Of a stretch of 64,000 nt of DNA, positions 12,542-30,460 are shown in pieces. Made by a program: the position numbers and the translations under genes. The first letter of the stretch is position 1. Each line of letters opens with the position of its first letter. The stretch is taken from the NCBI GenBank assembly GCA_951406725.2, contig OX597821.1:105772001-105836000 (forward strand), read 5' to 3'. The notes beneath the pieces were generated by a model. The model was not told the origin of the DNA, did no database searches, and saw only the letters and a program-made list of their open reading frames with translations. The DNA comes from Octopus vulgaris (taxonomy: Eukaryota).

Positions 12542-13924
12542 CAAAAAGAAGTTGAGAAATGTTTTACTATTATCCGTTTGCCATTACACTTGTTTTATTT
12601 GCTAATAAGAATTACAGAATTTTACGTGTTAGAAGGAACTGTAAGCAATTTCCAACTAGAATTTCTTCAGAAGTTAAACAACTAAACAGCTCGTATACCA
12701 TGTTGAGCAGAATTGAAGTCCAGGCTGCACATTTTTCTTAATTTGCCATAATAATACCTGCACGAGGGCAACTCAGCTCACTCCTCATGAGACAAAGGAA
12801 ACGTTAAACCTATGATTGTTATATTGTTGTGTGGGAATCTCCAGTTACCGCCCCTTAGATGTAATTTGAAATGAATGGTGACATTTGCAGCACCTCGGAT
12901 TTCCTCGTAAATTCCTTTTAGGAAAACATGTGTAATATTCGACACCAATAAGTTGCAACTGTAACAGAACGTACGCGGTCCATCTTTTGTTCTGCTATGG
13001 GCTGCTTGAAGCTTACAAAACGTCCTACATTTGGATGCCTGAATTTCATCCTTATATAACAATAACACACACGCGCGCATATATATATATACACATAATA
13101 CATACAAGTTTAGTCTAGATCTGGCCCATGCCATGCTTAGTTTTATATCACCACCTGGAAAAGTCATTAAATGTTTTTTCATATTACTCTCATACTTTGT
13201 GCACCACCACCCATTCGTTTGAGTTATTCTGTGTAGAGATATATTTGTACAGATAGTTAATCAGGAATTTGTTGAAGCTATTCATCTAGGATCCATTTGA
13301 ATATTATTCCATCATATCCTTCTCGTATGTGGCATTTTGTTTGAAACTGATTACTTTCATCAGTATTTCGATAATTGTTCGTCTATAATTGAAATTTGTT
13401 TTCAAAATGCTACTTCCGATGATATGCAAATTTTTATTACAAAGTTTGGTTCAAATATCAGCGGTTTGGAATCATTAACAGCAAATCTTTATTCTCTTAA
13501 ATTAAAATGAGTCAATCCTTTGAATATAAATAAAACGAGAGAAAGGATGAAAATGCGCCAAATCATTATATATTACGCTACACATTTGAACATATATCAA
13601 AATAAATATACTAAAAAACGTTTTCACATATCGAAAATATACAACAGATTGACTATAATTTTATTAATTTAAGGTTTAAAAAGGAGGACTTTATAAGCGC
13701 AGCGCAAAGCGGGGAAGAGAGAAGTATGGTAAAAAATTGCTCATTTATAAAATTTTAGCAACGTAAAAGTTTACATTTTGAAGACGAAAATTATTTGGCA
13801 GTAGAAGAAAAATCATACTTTACTCAATAAAAACATATTTTACATCCTGGGTCTGATTTTAGCTGTCGTTCACCTTAGCAAGTTCCAATCTATGCTCTTT
13901 CAAATATTTGATATCCATCATAAT

Positions 13925-13981
<57 letters not shown>

Positions 13982-13985
<4 letters not shown>

Positions 13986-14150
13986 AATAAAGACGAAGAC
14001 GAGTATGTAAAAAAACCAACAGATTTATTAGTTTAACGCTCGGGAAGTGAGAAAGTATTTTATGTTTCGAGCCTACGCTCTTCGACAGAAAGGGACAGAG
14101 AAATAAACAGCGAGAGAGAATAGACAAAAAGGTTAGTGGCTAGCGATATT
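13982..14150 (-). mobile_element. Penelope-type pseudo-LTR fragment, same family as 33215-33358
   Basis: Reverse complement contains GTCCCTTTCTGTCGAAGAGCGTAGGCTCGAAAC; abuts (TA)n. Confidence 0.6.
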
Positions 14151-14183
14151 CCGAAATAATTTACTAAAAGTTTTTTTTTTCCG

Positions 14184-14240
14184 GGTGGTGCTATTGACTT
14201 AGTCATGATCTCTGCCGATAATGGCCGAAACCAATCTAAG
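14184..14240 (+). mobile_element. Isolated 3' tail of a LINE related to 5846-7509
   Basis: GGTGGTGCTATTGACTTAGTCATG...CGAAACCAATCTAAG versus GGTGGTGCTATTGAGTTAGACATGG...CGAAACATATCTAAG at the 3' end of the 5846 LINE. Confidence 0.75.
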
Positions 14241-14254
14241 TTATAGATGCATAC

Positions 14255-14257
<3 letters not shown>

Positions 14258-14287
<30 letters not shown>

Positions 14288-14352
14288 TGTATGTATGTAT
14301 GTATGTATGTATGTATGTATGTATGTATGTATGTATGTATGTATGTATGTAT
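14258..14352. repeat. (TATG)n microsatellite
   Basis: Direct tandem tetranucleotide run. Confidence 0.95.
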
Positions 14353-15821
14353 ATGATCGACTCGAACACGCAATAAATTACATCGCTTGTCCTAGTTCCT
14401 GCAAAGAGGGTATGACGAAAGGACAACATACACCATTAATTAGCCTCTAAGGGACGCGATTCTTTTGGGCTGGTATACTTCCAGTGTTTCCAATTCAACC
14501 TTTTGCATATTCGGTGTAGTTTGCTGCATACCTTTAAAAAAAAACACCAGTCTAATGAAACTAAATCACAATTCGAAATAGCTAGTACCTCTTCTAGCAT
14601 ATTCTTTCTCCAGTTATTTTCACAGGCACACATAAAAGAATATTTGCATAAAAATATACATGACGGCAGGTATGCTTATAAACTTACTTTTCTACAACTT
14701 CTGTATGGCGTTTACATTATATTTCCAAACATTTAGGAACGTTAATTTCCTACTGTTTTATATTAAGCAAGGATATATTTTACATTCATATCAAATGGAT
14801 TTAATTAGATTTGCTAATATTTTTATTGGATTTTGTCGTGTTTATAGAATGTAATGTTTATTATTTCCAGCTCAACATAAAATATCTTTTTATTTTGTTA
14901 ACTGTAAATTTGATAGATACGCTCTGATGTCTTTTTCTGTGACTATGTCTCTTCCACCATTCCAACTCCCCTTGCTCAATCCCTTCCTCCATATATATAT
15001 ATACGTATGTATGTGTGTATATATATATGGGGTGGCGTGTATGTATACTTAATATATGTACATATGCGTGGACATTGATACATATACCTACATATATGTA
15101 ATGTAATATACGTATACATACACTCTTACATATGCATACCTACCTAAATATGTATGTGTGTATGTGTATATTTACTTGTGTGTGTATAAATATATATATA
15201 TATATACTCACGTGCACATGTGTGTGTGTCAACGTGCTAAAATTTACAATGATGAGATCACACATCAGGTTCGTATTTGTTAAAATATTTGTTTAATCCA
15301 AAAACGAAACAACACTTTCATACCTTCCAAACAAATAATTTATAACATATTTTCGTCACGAATCGCATATTTCACTTCCTTTAACACAATATTACCTAAG
15401 TTTATGGTTGCAAGTAAATATATATAAACACATATCATACCTGTACAATGTAATATTAATTTGATTAACATTTGTTTTTACAGATTCATACGAAATATAA
15501 ATTGCTTTAACATATTGAATTATTTTGCCTGTATCTTATTGTTTTCGTCACTTTTCGATTAACTTCTCTAGTCAATATACACATGTAATATTGTTTTAGG
15601 TCTCTATTACAGCTTTATGGAGATTTTGTATGGAATTCATATTTCATAAATTCATTTTTCATCTACACGTTGCCGAAATTAGCATAATTGGTGAGGATTT
15701 TGTTTAATGAACAATATTATTTATTTTGTTGTTTTATGCATTCCGATTTCAAAATCCAACAAATTTGCTTTGAATTTCATCGTTACGAGAAAGGAAAGTA
15801 AAATACCAATTTGTTTTGAAA

Positions 15822-15857
<36 letters not shown>

Positions 15858-16648
15858 AAGCTCTCATTCTCTCTCGTCCTGCCTCTTTCCCTTTCTCTCC
15901 CTGTATCTGCTTGTTAATATATCTATTTATATTTTCTCTGAGGGATTACTTGTAATGTCAAAGTTCCAGCCTTATGTTATTGTGTCACGCTCACTGTACT
16001 CGAGAACTGCCAAAGTCCAAATATGTAGGTGGTAGGCAAACGCTTACCAATAACTTTCTCAGTATAATTTTAATATGTTGTGAAATGCTTATCATCTCTC
16101 ATCAAATGCACAATTGCACAACATCTTGCTTAGCAGATAGTCTGCAGTAGTGAGGGGCTTACAGCGGTGAGATATTCATCACCACAATGCATTCTACTGA
16201 AAGCTGCTTTCGGAAATTTATCCATCAGTTTCAGTCAGGTGCCCAACCTCCATTTAGACTTTAGCTTCTTAAGCTTCCTCTGTCCTGGGATCGGCTTGTC
16301 TAAATTCTCCTGTTCCTTCAGTATGTGTTCGTGTGTTTGCGAGTGTGTGTCTCTGTGTGTAACTACGTATGTATGTTTATGTGTTGTTTGAGTATATAAA
16401 GGTATATACCCATGTTAAAATCGACAAACATGCATATAGCCACGGATACGCACATGTATATACATATATATGTATATATGTATCTATTTCTCCCTTTACA
16501 AACATGCACACACACACATACAGACACACACACACATATAGATAAATAGATGGATAGATATACAGCTATATGTATGTATATGTATGTATGTATATTTGTG
16601 AAAGAGAATAACAAACATTAAGGCAAGGCTAACATCTAAAGTGGTATA

Positions 16649-16878
16649 CGAGCTGGCAGAAACGTTAGCACGCCGGGCGAAATGCTTAGCGGTATTTCGT
16701 CTGCGTTACGTTCTGAGTTCAAATTCCGCCGAGGTCGACTTTGCCTTTCATCCTTTCGGGGTCGATAAATTAAGTACCAGTTACGCACTGGGGTAGATGG
16801 AATCGACTTAATACCTATGTCTGTCCTTGTTTGTCCCCTCTATGTTTAGCCCCTTGTGGGTAATAAAGAAATAGGTAT
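16649..16878 (+). mobile_element. SINE family B (Meta-domain-like core), tail type 1
   Basis: GAGCTGGCAGAAACGTTAGC...GAGTTCAAATTCC...GCCTTTCATCCTTTCGGGGTCGATAAATTAAGTACCAG. GGTATACGA is repeated at both ends (TSD-like). Confidence 0.9.
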
Positions 16879-18434
16879 ACGATATTGTTATTCGAATAAA
16901 TTGGAAAATATTATTGTGTACAGCTTGCGATGTTTGCCTTATCTTAATGTTTGTTGTCCTCTTTAACAATCATATATTCACTGCAATGGAAGTCTGCAAT
17001 GACTACATAACTACCGTTTCGGCTGTAAGCTTGGAGACCCAGTAATACGTTACAGTACTTACCTGGAGCACATAATCGTTTAAAACACCTGTGAACTAAG
17101 CCCCCATACTCAGTGTATATAAATGTGACTGTGTGTCTGTGTGTGTGTCTGTGTGTATGGATGTATGTATCAAAGCGAGTTTGGAGGGATATATTATCCA
17201 GGCGGATACCGTATTAGCTCTCAGGTAAGTTCCAGTTAAGAGCTAATCTCAACGATCAGTATTTAATATCTGTCACTAGAAATAATTGTTAGTCACTCCG
17301 TGAATTATTTCGATGGGTAATTCTGTTTACTCTTCACTGGACAGAAAAAAATTGCCCGGTGTATATATAGATATTAATAACAAAAAAAAGATTATGGGAA
17401 CTTTTACATACACAATATTTATTTTATATAGTTATATAAAATAATAGATGTAGCGGTTTTTAAATGAAAACTGGACATCTTCCTGTGCTACATATTAGAC
17501 GTGCCACATATTAGACGAGGTTCGTCGCAATAACAGTGTAGCACAAAACGGCGGTGCATCAGCATGGCCGCAGCTCTGAGCTGAAACTAGAAAAAAAAAT
17601 ACAGCATGTAATGATCCGCTGGAACGACAACACACTATTGCAAACGAAGCCTTGAAATGTTGTCAGTGTCTGTCTATTTGGTCACGCTCGAAAGTGAACT
17701 GACTGAAGTAACGTTTTCCTAGATAACACTCCGTGGGGGGTCAGGGTGTTTTTAATTATCGGCATCAGCTTCAACTCTGTCGGTGTCCGAAGTAAGTGAT
17801 CGGTTTAAAATAGGTCAAGGTCGAGATTATTTTCATGTGAGAATCTTTCGTCGTTTTAATGAATGTGTGTGCTATGTCTTTGATTTCGCTTGAGGTGCTT
17901 ATATTAACGGGTTAATGTTTTTAGTTGGGTTGCTCAGAATTTGTGTTATACATTGGGTAAGATATATTTTTTTATTAATAATGATTATTAAATATTTTTA
18001 TTATTTAGGTTTTGTTATTTTATTTGTTATATCAGGCTCGCAAGTTGCTGGAGTATTGGCTATCTAGAATTATCCCTATAAATCTAAATGATCTATCCAT
18101 TTTGTGTAAACATCTTAGAGCCTATTCTTGTCTTGTATTAAATTAATGTGTTTTGACGTAAATTATTCTAAGCATATTTCGCAGGTATTTCTCCATATTC
18201 AATATGGCCTATCAGAACTAATTGGTTCCCAATCGATAGACTATCTCTTGCTTTTGTCTCTGATTGACCAAATTAGTTTACTTAGTTTTGTATTAAATAA
18301 TACAATAAATAGATCAAGAACTATTTATCACAATCCTCTAATCCGTCATCTTGTCTGTGACTATCACTTGGATTAAAGCCATTACAACTTGGACGAGACA
18401 TGTTAACAACCTTATATATATATATATATATATG

Positions 18435-18813
18435 TTCTTTCTTTTACTCTTCTACTTGTTTCAGTCATTTGACTGGGTCCATGCTGGAGCTCTGCTTGAA
18501 GGGATGTTATTCGAACAAATCGACCCAATGACTTATTTCTTAAGCCTAGTACTTATCCTATCGGTCACTCTTGCCCAACCGGTCATTTACAGAGACGTAA
18601 ACACACCAACACCGGTTGCCAACCGGTGATGCGATAGAAGCACGGACCGAAAACACACACATTATTTCAGTTTCCGTCTACCAAGTCTATTCGCAAGTTT
18701 TGGTAAGCCCTGCGCTATATTAGAAGGTGCATGCCGAAGGTACCACGCAGTTTGATTGAACCCAGAACCACGAGGTTGAGAAGCAAGCATCTTACTATAC
18801 ATACATACATGCG
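18435..18813 (-). mobile_element. SINE family A
   Basis: Reverse complement of the tail (CTTGTTTCAGTCATTTGACTG) and head. Confidence 0.85.
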
Positions 18814-19620
18814 TATATGTGTGGGAGTGCCTGTTTGTGTATAATTTGAAAACAATTATTAAAATTGATGATTATTTTTATTTGTAATTTTTTTAAAACA
18901 ATTGAATTTTTACAACAGAAACACAGAATTATCCGTAATTACTGTTAATTATTGTGCAGATGCCCACATTATTGGTCCAACCATAAAACAAAAATTTCAT
19001 CAACTATTGTTTACAAATAAAATATTGACGCCGAAGAGACGAATTAAAGTTAACAGCCAGGTAATGGAAAATAATTGAAGTTGTAATATTGATTATGAGA
19101 TGAGTGGTTTGCTAAGGAGTGAGCTGTAGACCGAAATCAGTCAATAACAGCCGGTAAAACATTGATTGATCATGTAATAATTATTGAATTTCCCATTCTA
19201 CTTATGGAGTTATGATGTGATATTGAGCGGGAAAACATTCGGGCAAAGAAGCAGTAAAAGCTTCGTTAAACACATGTTTAAACCGAAAATGTCGTAGTGG
19301 TTGTTCACATGTGTATCCAAAATCTCATGGTATTTTCATAAAGAAAAATTGCTGTAGCTGAAGAGACGCCATTATGTTTTCAATACAAATAGGCACACGA
19401 AAAAGATAATTTAATTCAAGAAAAATACACTGTTTTCAAAAAATGTGTGAAGTCAGTCATTCAGGAAAGCCGTATAATTGTTATTAATTAAATTGGCCTT
19501 CGTCGAATGTTATTCACATGACTTTGGAATATGGGCATGAAATTAATAACTTATACATATTGATATACAGACATACATATATACTTACACACACACAATA
19601 CTGTACATATACATATTTTT

Positions 19621-19922
19621 TTTTTTATTTATGCGCCCTTTTCAAGCCTAGCCAGTCTCATGGGCCCGGTTTCCCGGTTTCTATGGCGTATGTGTTCCCC
19701 CCAGCTGGACGGGACGCCAGGCCATCGCAGCGTTACTCAATAAACAGCAGAACAGAGTGAGAGAAAGTTGGGGCGAAAGAGTACAACACCCCCTACCGGA
19801 GCCCCGTGGAGCTTTAGGTGTTTTCGCTCAATAAACACACACATTGGCCGGTCTGGGAATCGAAACTGCGATCCTCCGACCGCGAGTCTGCTGCCCTACC
19901 CACTGGGTCGTTGCGCCACCAC
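19621..19922 (-). mobile_element. SINE family C
   Basis: Homologous to 1612-1884 and 31612-31931. Confidence 0.85.
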
Positions 19923-20200
<278 letters not shown>

Positions 20201-21673
20201 CCAGTTGAGAACATATTCGACATATTCGAGTAGTTCCATTCCCAGAACTTGTAGCAAAATTTGAAACCTATATTACGGATACTTCATATAAGACAAATTA
20301 AACTGTTAAGTCATACGGATATATTGAAATCTGCTTCATTTACATCGTAAATTCTATTCGTGGGCAACTTATATCATGCGTGGAAAAATAATTTTTGCAG
20401 GAGATTTTTACAGTAATGGTATTTTATTCTCGTAATATTAGAGAAATAATGTTTGGTGTCTGATAAACGAGCAACAAATAGATTTCCTGAAATTTTCTTG
20501 TGAGAAATGAAACTGCAATCACAATACACCTGCCGCCGGTTGTTTTTTTTTAATTTATCATCTTTAAATAACTTGAAAACGTTGGGATAGATCTATTAAA
20601 TATACATCTTTTTATTGGGTGTAGCTAAATCAGACTGTTGGAAACGATTTCCATTTTGAAAGACTAAAGAAGTAATCTTCATAGAGCAAAATATGAAATT
20701 CAAAAACCTAACATCTAATAGTATTGTCATTCAAAATCGTTTATCCTCCTAACCAAACAAAAACTACAGAAGGAAAGCACACTATTTAGAAACGTAAAAA
20801 TACAAAAGAAGATACAGAATTTAAAGTGTACGAATAATTTGAATTTTGTGCGTACAATATAATTATTTTGGAAACTTTGAATAAAAGTTTTCAGACAAAC
20901 TATATTTTATACGGTACATATTTAACTGAATTTTACACGTTTTGGTTAGTTCTTCTTTCAAGATTATTTTTAAACACAAATTGAAATATCTAGAAAAATT
21001 GATAGTATAATTAACATGTGTATAACGGAATTTATATCATTGGCAAATAGTAGAAATAGGGTGATGTATAGTGTACATGGGGAATGCAATTTGCAAGTGG
21101 CTTGGCACGTAACTGCCAGTAAAAAAGTGTATATGATGATGTGATATCTAGTATGAACGATGACAAGTTATGGTAATTTCTGTTTACGTTACGTTGGGAA
21201 TATACAATGTATTTGACGATGCAGAGAAAAATAAAAACTATATGACAAATGGTGAATAACACTCGCTGAGATTCAACAAAAACTAGACCTGAAATTGGTC
21301 CAGAATATGGTAGGAAATATTTTTAATTCTGATCACTTCAATGCATTTATTCTGAATTCAATTGAAAAAAAAGACAATCTCCATCGTATACGCAATTATT
21401 CTCTAAAAAAATAATATATCGTCAGGAAGTTGGCTACTCGCCAACATTTTAAAATCATCAGAATATTTGGCAAAAATTTTGATACTTATTATCCCTTTTT
21501 CACAATATTCTATTTTACTAGTTTTCTTCTCTCTGTAGGATAATTAACTAAAATAGCAGTAAAAATGCAGCTCAACCTTTTGCAGGAATATTATATTTTG
21601 CTCTTCTAATATTAACGATTTTTCACAATGTAACTCTCTTCCGCATATATACACAATGTAGCTATATTCATTA

Positions 21674-21767
<94 letters not shown>

Positions 21768-22559
21768 ACGTTTTTACCCTATTTCATATCAGAACATTGT
21801 TACTTTCTATATTAATAGCCAGTATGTATGCAACACAGTACACATAGCAAATTATTTAATTTGCAAGTTTCATATTATACATCGCAGTTTCTTTCTCCAA
21901 GAAATATCATTGTGTAAAGTACTGATATATGCAGGGCATTTTCTGTTCAATAATTGAGTTATAATAATGTAACTATTCTAGAGTAATCATTTTATTGTAT
22001 TGTATTTGGAATTTCAGTTTTTTACGTATTCATGTTAATAAAGTCAAAATTATTTGAAATTTTAAGAATATGCGATTTCACAATTATTGAATTTCTACGT
22101 TTTCCTCCATATTATTACATTTGTGTATCAGTCGACTATTCTTCAACTTATTTTGAAGGATATTTCACCTGCATTGTCAATAGAAGACGGACATAAAATA
22201 GTGAAACTGAACAGTTCAAATACTGCGATATTTTTGTAATTCTTCAAGTAAAGTATAGCTGGTAATATAATGGTGAGCATTTACTTTCTTTTATGTGTGT
22301 GAATCATATATTGTATTCATCACATCAGTAGATAAGGATGTTTCAAATTTACTGTTATCTTTAATAAATTGTCATTTACGGACGCTTGTTGTAAAGTTAT
22401 TTTAAAGCCGATAATAAAAGTTGAATATAAATGTTTAGTTTTATCCTGATAAGACATTCAGGAATTTCTTTCTTGTTCAATTTAAGTTCTCTAAGACCAA
22501 ATAAATATTCTGAATGTCTCTATATCTTACATTCTTTACTAGCGTTTAGCAAAAATAGA

Positions 22560-23500
22560 ACTCTTTTACAATCGATTCATGAGTAATTGCTTGCAATGAG
22601 AATACATTCTTAAGGTTTTACTAAATGCTATGCAGCTTCAAAATGAATACACTCTTGGTTAAAGATTCAACATTTTCAAGTGATTTACAGTAATATTCTC
22701 TGACTGCCGCTGCAATATGCTCTCACTACACATTACAACTAGAGCTTGGCTACTGGGGCCGTTTTGGATACATGATATATGTATACATTATGCCTGTGTA
22801 TTACTGTATGTATACCCATCAAAATATATTTCAATTAGTCTGTCTATGTTTCACTAACCTACATTATTACCATGGCTCACTACGTAGTCATCGATATATA
22901 TCAATTTTAAGTATAACATTATGTAATGTATTTTATTCATATAAATTATTTTTCCTTGAGTTATACTTCATGAAGTCTTTAGGAACTGTGTGGGTATTAC
23001 AATACTATTAATGGTTTCAGTCTTTGCAATGGAGCCAAAGAACATTAAACAACACAACTAAAGAATTCAAATAAGATGTTTCTTTGCTTATTGTATTCTG
23101 GTAAAACACTGCCGCCGTCAGTATTCTGATATTGCTATTCATTTAAGAGGATTATGACAATTTCATGAGATTTTTTATAAAATTTCCCTAGCAATCTAAT
23201 AATAAATACTTCAATTTCTTTTCCATTTTATTTTCCTGTATATTGTTTCCAGTTATTCATTCGTTTTCGGTATAAATGTATTTATTCTTTTAGGTATATC
23301 TGTATTTGCTTGAATTATGAAGAATCTTATATTCTAACGAGTTTTTAACATTTCGCTAACTACAAAGGTTATATGATAATAAATATGAATGAAGTTTCTA
23401 TGACAGCAACTAATGAATCAAGATAATAAGAAATACTAACGGATTTAGCAGAGCAGTCATAATCACATATGCTTTCATATAAATATAAATTTCTGCTGTA
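22560..23500 (+). pseudogene. Possible heavily decayed intronless class A GPCR pseudogene
   Basis: Ordered motif remnants across frameshifts: NTLLV..SDL (TM2), WLLGPF (ECL1), TMAHYVVI (ERY-like), TVW (TM4), LPPSVF*YCY (TM5), ITYAF (TM7). Spacing only partly canonical. Confidence 0.3.
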
Positions 23501-23558
23501 AAAACCGCTGCTAAACCTCCTCCAACACCTTTTCCGACAGCTACAAGAAATAGTCAAA

Positions 23559-23592
23559 ATGATGATGATGATGGTGGTGGTGGTGGTGGTGG

Positions 23593-23623
<31 letters not shown>

Positions 23624-23677
23624 TGTGGTGGTGGTGGTGGTGATGATTATGATGATGATGATGATGATGACGACGAC
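23559..23677. repeat. Compound (GAT)n/(GGT)n/(GAC)n microsatellite
   Basis: Seen directly. Confidence 0.95.
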
Positions 23678-23699
23678 GTAAATTTATTTCTGTTTTCTA

Positions 23700-27593
<3,894 letters not shown>

Positions 27594-27597
27594 GGAC

Positions 27598-27737
27598 GGT
27601 TTCAAATTTTGCCAGATGGGTGGCAATTTTGGTGGAGGAGATGAATCGGTTACATCGTCCCCAGTGTTCATTCATCTGGTACTTATTTTATCGACCTCGA
27701 ATTGACGAAAGGCAAAGTTGACCTCGGTCGCATTGAA
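27598..27737 (-). mobile_element. SINE family B, tail type 2, partial
   Basis: CTGGTACTTATTTTATCGACC..GAAAGGCAAAGTTGACCTCGG with a GTTTCAAATTTTG tail. Confidence 0.75.
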
Positions 27738-28788
27738 GTAACACTTCTGATGACAAGTCTAATGTCACACAAAATTAGATGTAGATACAGTACGCTTCAC
27801 CAATACTAAGACTGTGATATGCCTTAAAATTATTACCTGATAATTTACCTTAACACATGTAAGGAACTTCCTTATAATTTTATGCTGAAACTGATGTGTC
27901 CTTGTTTGGTTTAGAACCATGATACTGGAACTTGATGGCAGTGCAGTATATCGAAGAGTAGGATAATTATTTATGTCCATTTATATAAATAAATTTTCTG
28001 ATTTCATTGGCATACCTATATGGTAATATCTGTCAAAGTTTGTATATGTCATTCTCGAACTATCTTCTAAGGTATCATATTCCATATAAGGTAATATAAC
28101 AGGAGAAAGTGTATTAATACATGATGATATAAATATCATCTTGTCATACACAGGTATTTTCAAATGGATTTTATTAACGGTGATTGAAATATTTATCAAA
28201 CTTGGATTTGAAACGTGACTGCAGATAACTCTATTTTAAACATATGATATAAGAGAAATAATAATCTCATGATTGGATTAATAAGTCCAATATTTCCGAC
28301 AATCCACTGTCATTCTTGCAGGCATTGTTATTCCATAACTTCATAAATTTTATATAAAGATTTCTTTACAGAGCATTTGTAACAAGTAGATTTATTTCAG
28401 CTACGTCATATATTAAATCTTATATAGCTATATATTTGGATGAAAGCTATTGTTAAATTTTCTCTGTGTGCCATGCAGACTTAATGAAAATATTTACATT
28501 CACTTCATACAAATGAATTGATAGAAAAACACTGTCTCAATAATAAATTAGTTCTATTCAAGGTATTGTGGAGAGAATATAAAAGAATGTGCACAATTAA
28601 GTAAACATAACGAATATAACTTGCAAGATAATCACTAGAGATAAAGTAACTCAATCGAGCATCAAGTAATTGAACCGATATAGAAAGCAGATTCAACGAT
28701 AAATGCAGTTATTTTTCGCATACTTTAAGCTGTAAATGTTATAGAATTGAAATACTTGAAACTAAAATAATATTAATGTTTAGAAATA

Positions 28789-29209
28789 GGCGTAGGAGTG
28801 GCTGTGTGGTATGTAGCTTGATTACCAACCACATGGTTCCGGGTTCAGTCCCACTGCGTGGCAACTTGGGCAAGTGTCTTCTACTATAGCCTCGCGCCGA
28901 CCAAAGCCTTGTGAGTGGATTTGGTAGACTGAAACTGAAAGAAGCCCGTCGTATATATATGTATGTATGTATGTGTGTGTGTGTGTATGGTTGTGTATCT
29001 GTGTTTGTCTCCCCAATGTTGCTTGACAACCGATGCTAATGTGCTTGCGTCCCCGTAACTTAGCAGTTCGGCAAAAGAGACCGATAGAATAAGTATACTA
29101 TGCTTACAAAGAATAAGTCCTTGGGTCGCTTTGCTCGACTAAAGGTGGTGCTCCAGCATGGCCACAGTCAAACGACTGAAACAAGCAAAAGAATAAAAGA
29201 GTGAGAGAG
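28789..29209 (+). mobile_element. SINE family A, full length
   Basis: GGCGTAGGAGTGGCTGTGTGG (A box), GGTTCAGTCCC (B box), CORE-like block and complete tail. Confidence 0.93.
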
Positions 29210-29657
29210 TAAATATATACATTTATATCTACGCATACAGATAGGCATGTGCTAGAATACATACATAAGTATGTACAGGCACACACACAACATACACACA
29301 CACACACACACACTCACACACGCATTTTTATCGTTTAAAGCCTTACAATTAACCTCCAGCAATCCTTTTCGCCCAACCCGTAAGTTGGGGGTGGTAAACA
29401 ACAAACGTTGTGAAGCCACGATGGGTACGGATACACATGTACATACACGCATGCACACACGCACACACACACACACACACACACAGAATCTGAGTCCCTG
29501 TCTAACATATCTATCCAGATATATTTGATTGGCCAAGGGTTAACCAAAGACACTTCATCAAGATTCCAAGCAGAGGGACTGAAAAACGGAACCATATATA
29601 TATGAAAATTAAAATTACAAATGCCTATATACGAATACATGTATATGCATATGTATG

Positions 29658-29725
<68 letters not shown>

Positions 29726-29844
29726 GAGAGGGAGAGATACAATGCAAAATATAATTATATGCTTTTATTCATTTACTTGCTTCAGTCATGTGACTGCGGC
29801 AATGTTGGAGCACCGCCTTGTCGTTGAACAGATATATATATATA

Positions 29845-30315
29845 TATACTCAAAAATAATTCACGCAGGTATAGAGGGAAAAATAACGAAAGATCACATG
29901 TACATCGATTACCTGAGAACGCCGTTTCTGGATGAGTTGGTAGGATACAAAGGGAGGATACGAGGGAGGATACAAAGACTCATTCGTACTTTTTGAATTC
30001 GTTAGTACTGGCGGTCGAAGATGGTTTGTCTGCTCTCAAATTTAAACCTAGAGAAATCTTGGGCTGATGAGGGAAATGTTGATCTCTATATCCAACTAAT
30101 CCAGAAACGGTGTTATCAAGTAATCGATGTAAGTGTGATCTTTCGTTATTTTCCCCTCTATACCTGCGTGAATTATTTTTGAGTATACATTGTCTGGGAG
30201 ACGTTTCTTATAGTAGAGGAAATAGCTAAAATTTTTTGGCTGCTATTTCTAAAATTTCGGTGTGTGGTAAAGTAAATTATTTTGCTGAACCCTAATTATA
30301 TAACGTAATGTTTTA
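29845..30315 (+). mobile_element. Penelope-like pseudo-LTR with inverted partial copy and candidate hammerhead ribozyme
   Basis: Inverted arms 29845-29940 and 30092-30187; CTGATGAG...GAAAC core at 30058-30120; flanked by (TA)n on both sides. Confidence 0.7.
30058..30120 (+). ncRNA. Candidate minimal type I hammerhead ribozyme
   Basis: CTTGGG-CTGATGA-G-GGA...TCC-A-GAAAC-GGT-GTT-ATCAAG: stem I CTTGG/TCAAG, stem II GGA/TCC with inner GTTG/CAAC, short stem III. Confidence 0.55.
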
Positions 30316-30320
30316 AATAT

Positions 30321-30460
<140 letters not shown>

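Noticed and set aside
27745-27800. CTGATGA hammerhead-like start with a TCTAAT/ATTAGA stem
   Set aside because: GAAA box absent (GATAC) and no stem I; at best a dead relic.
27765-28330. Two abutting in-frame minus-strand ORFs and a WIVGNIGLI (GPCR TM1-like) string
   Set aside because: No further ordered motifs; similarity too weak to support.
28789-28860. tRNA gene
   Set aside because: A and B boxes are present but continue into SINE body and tail; I could not form a full cloverleaf. The same applies to families B and C.
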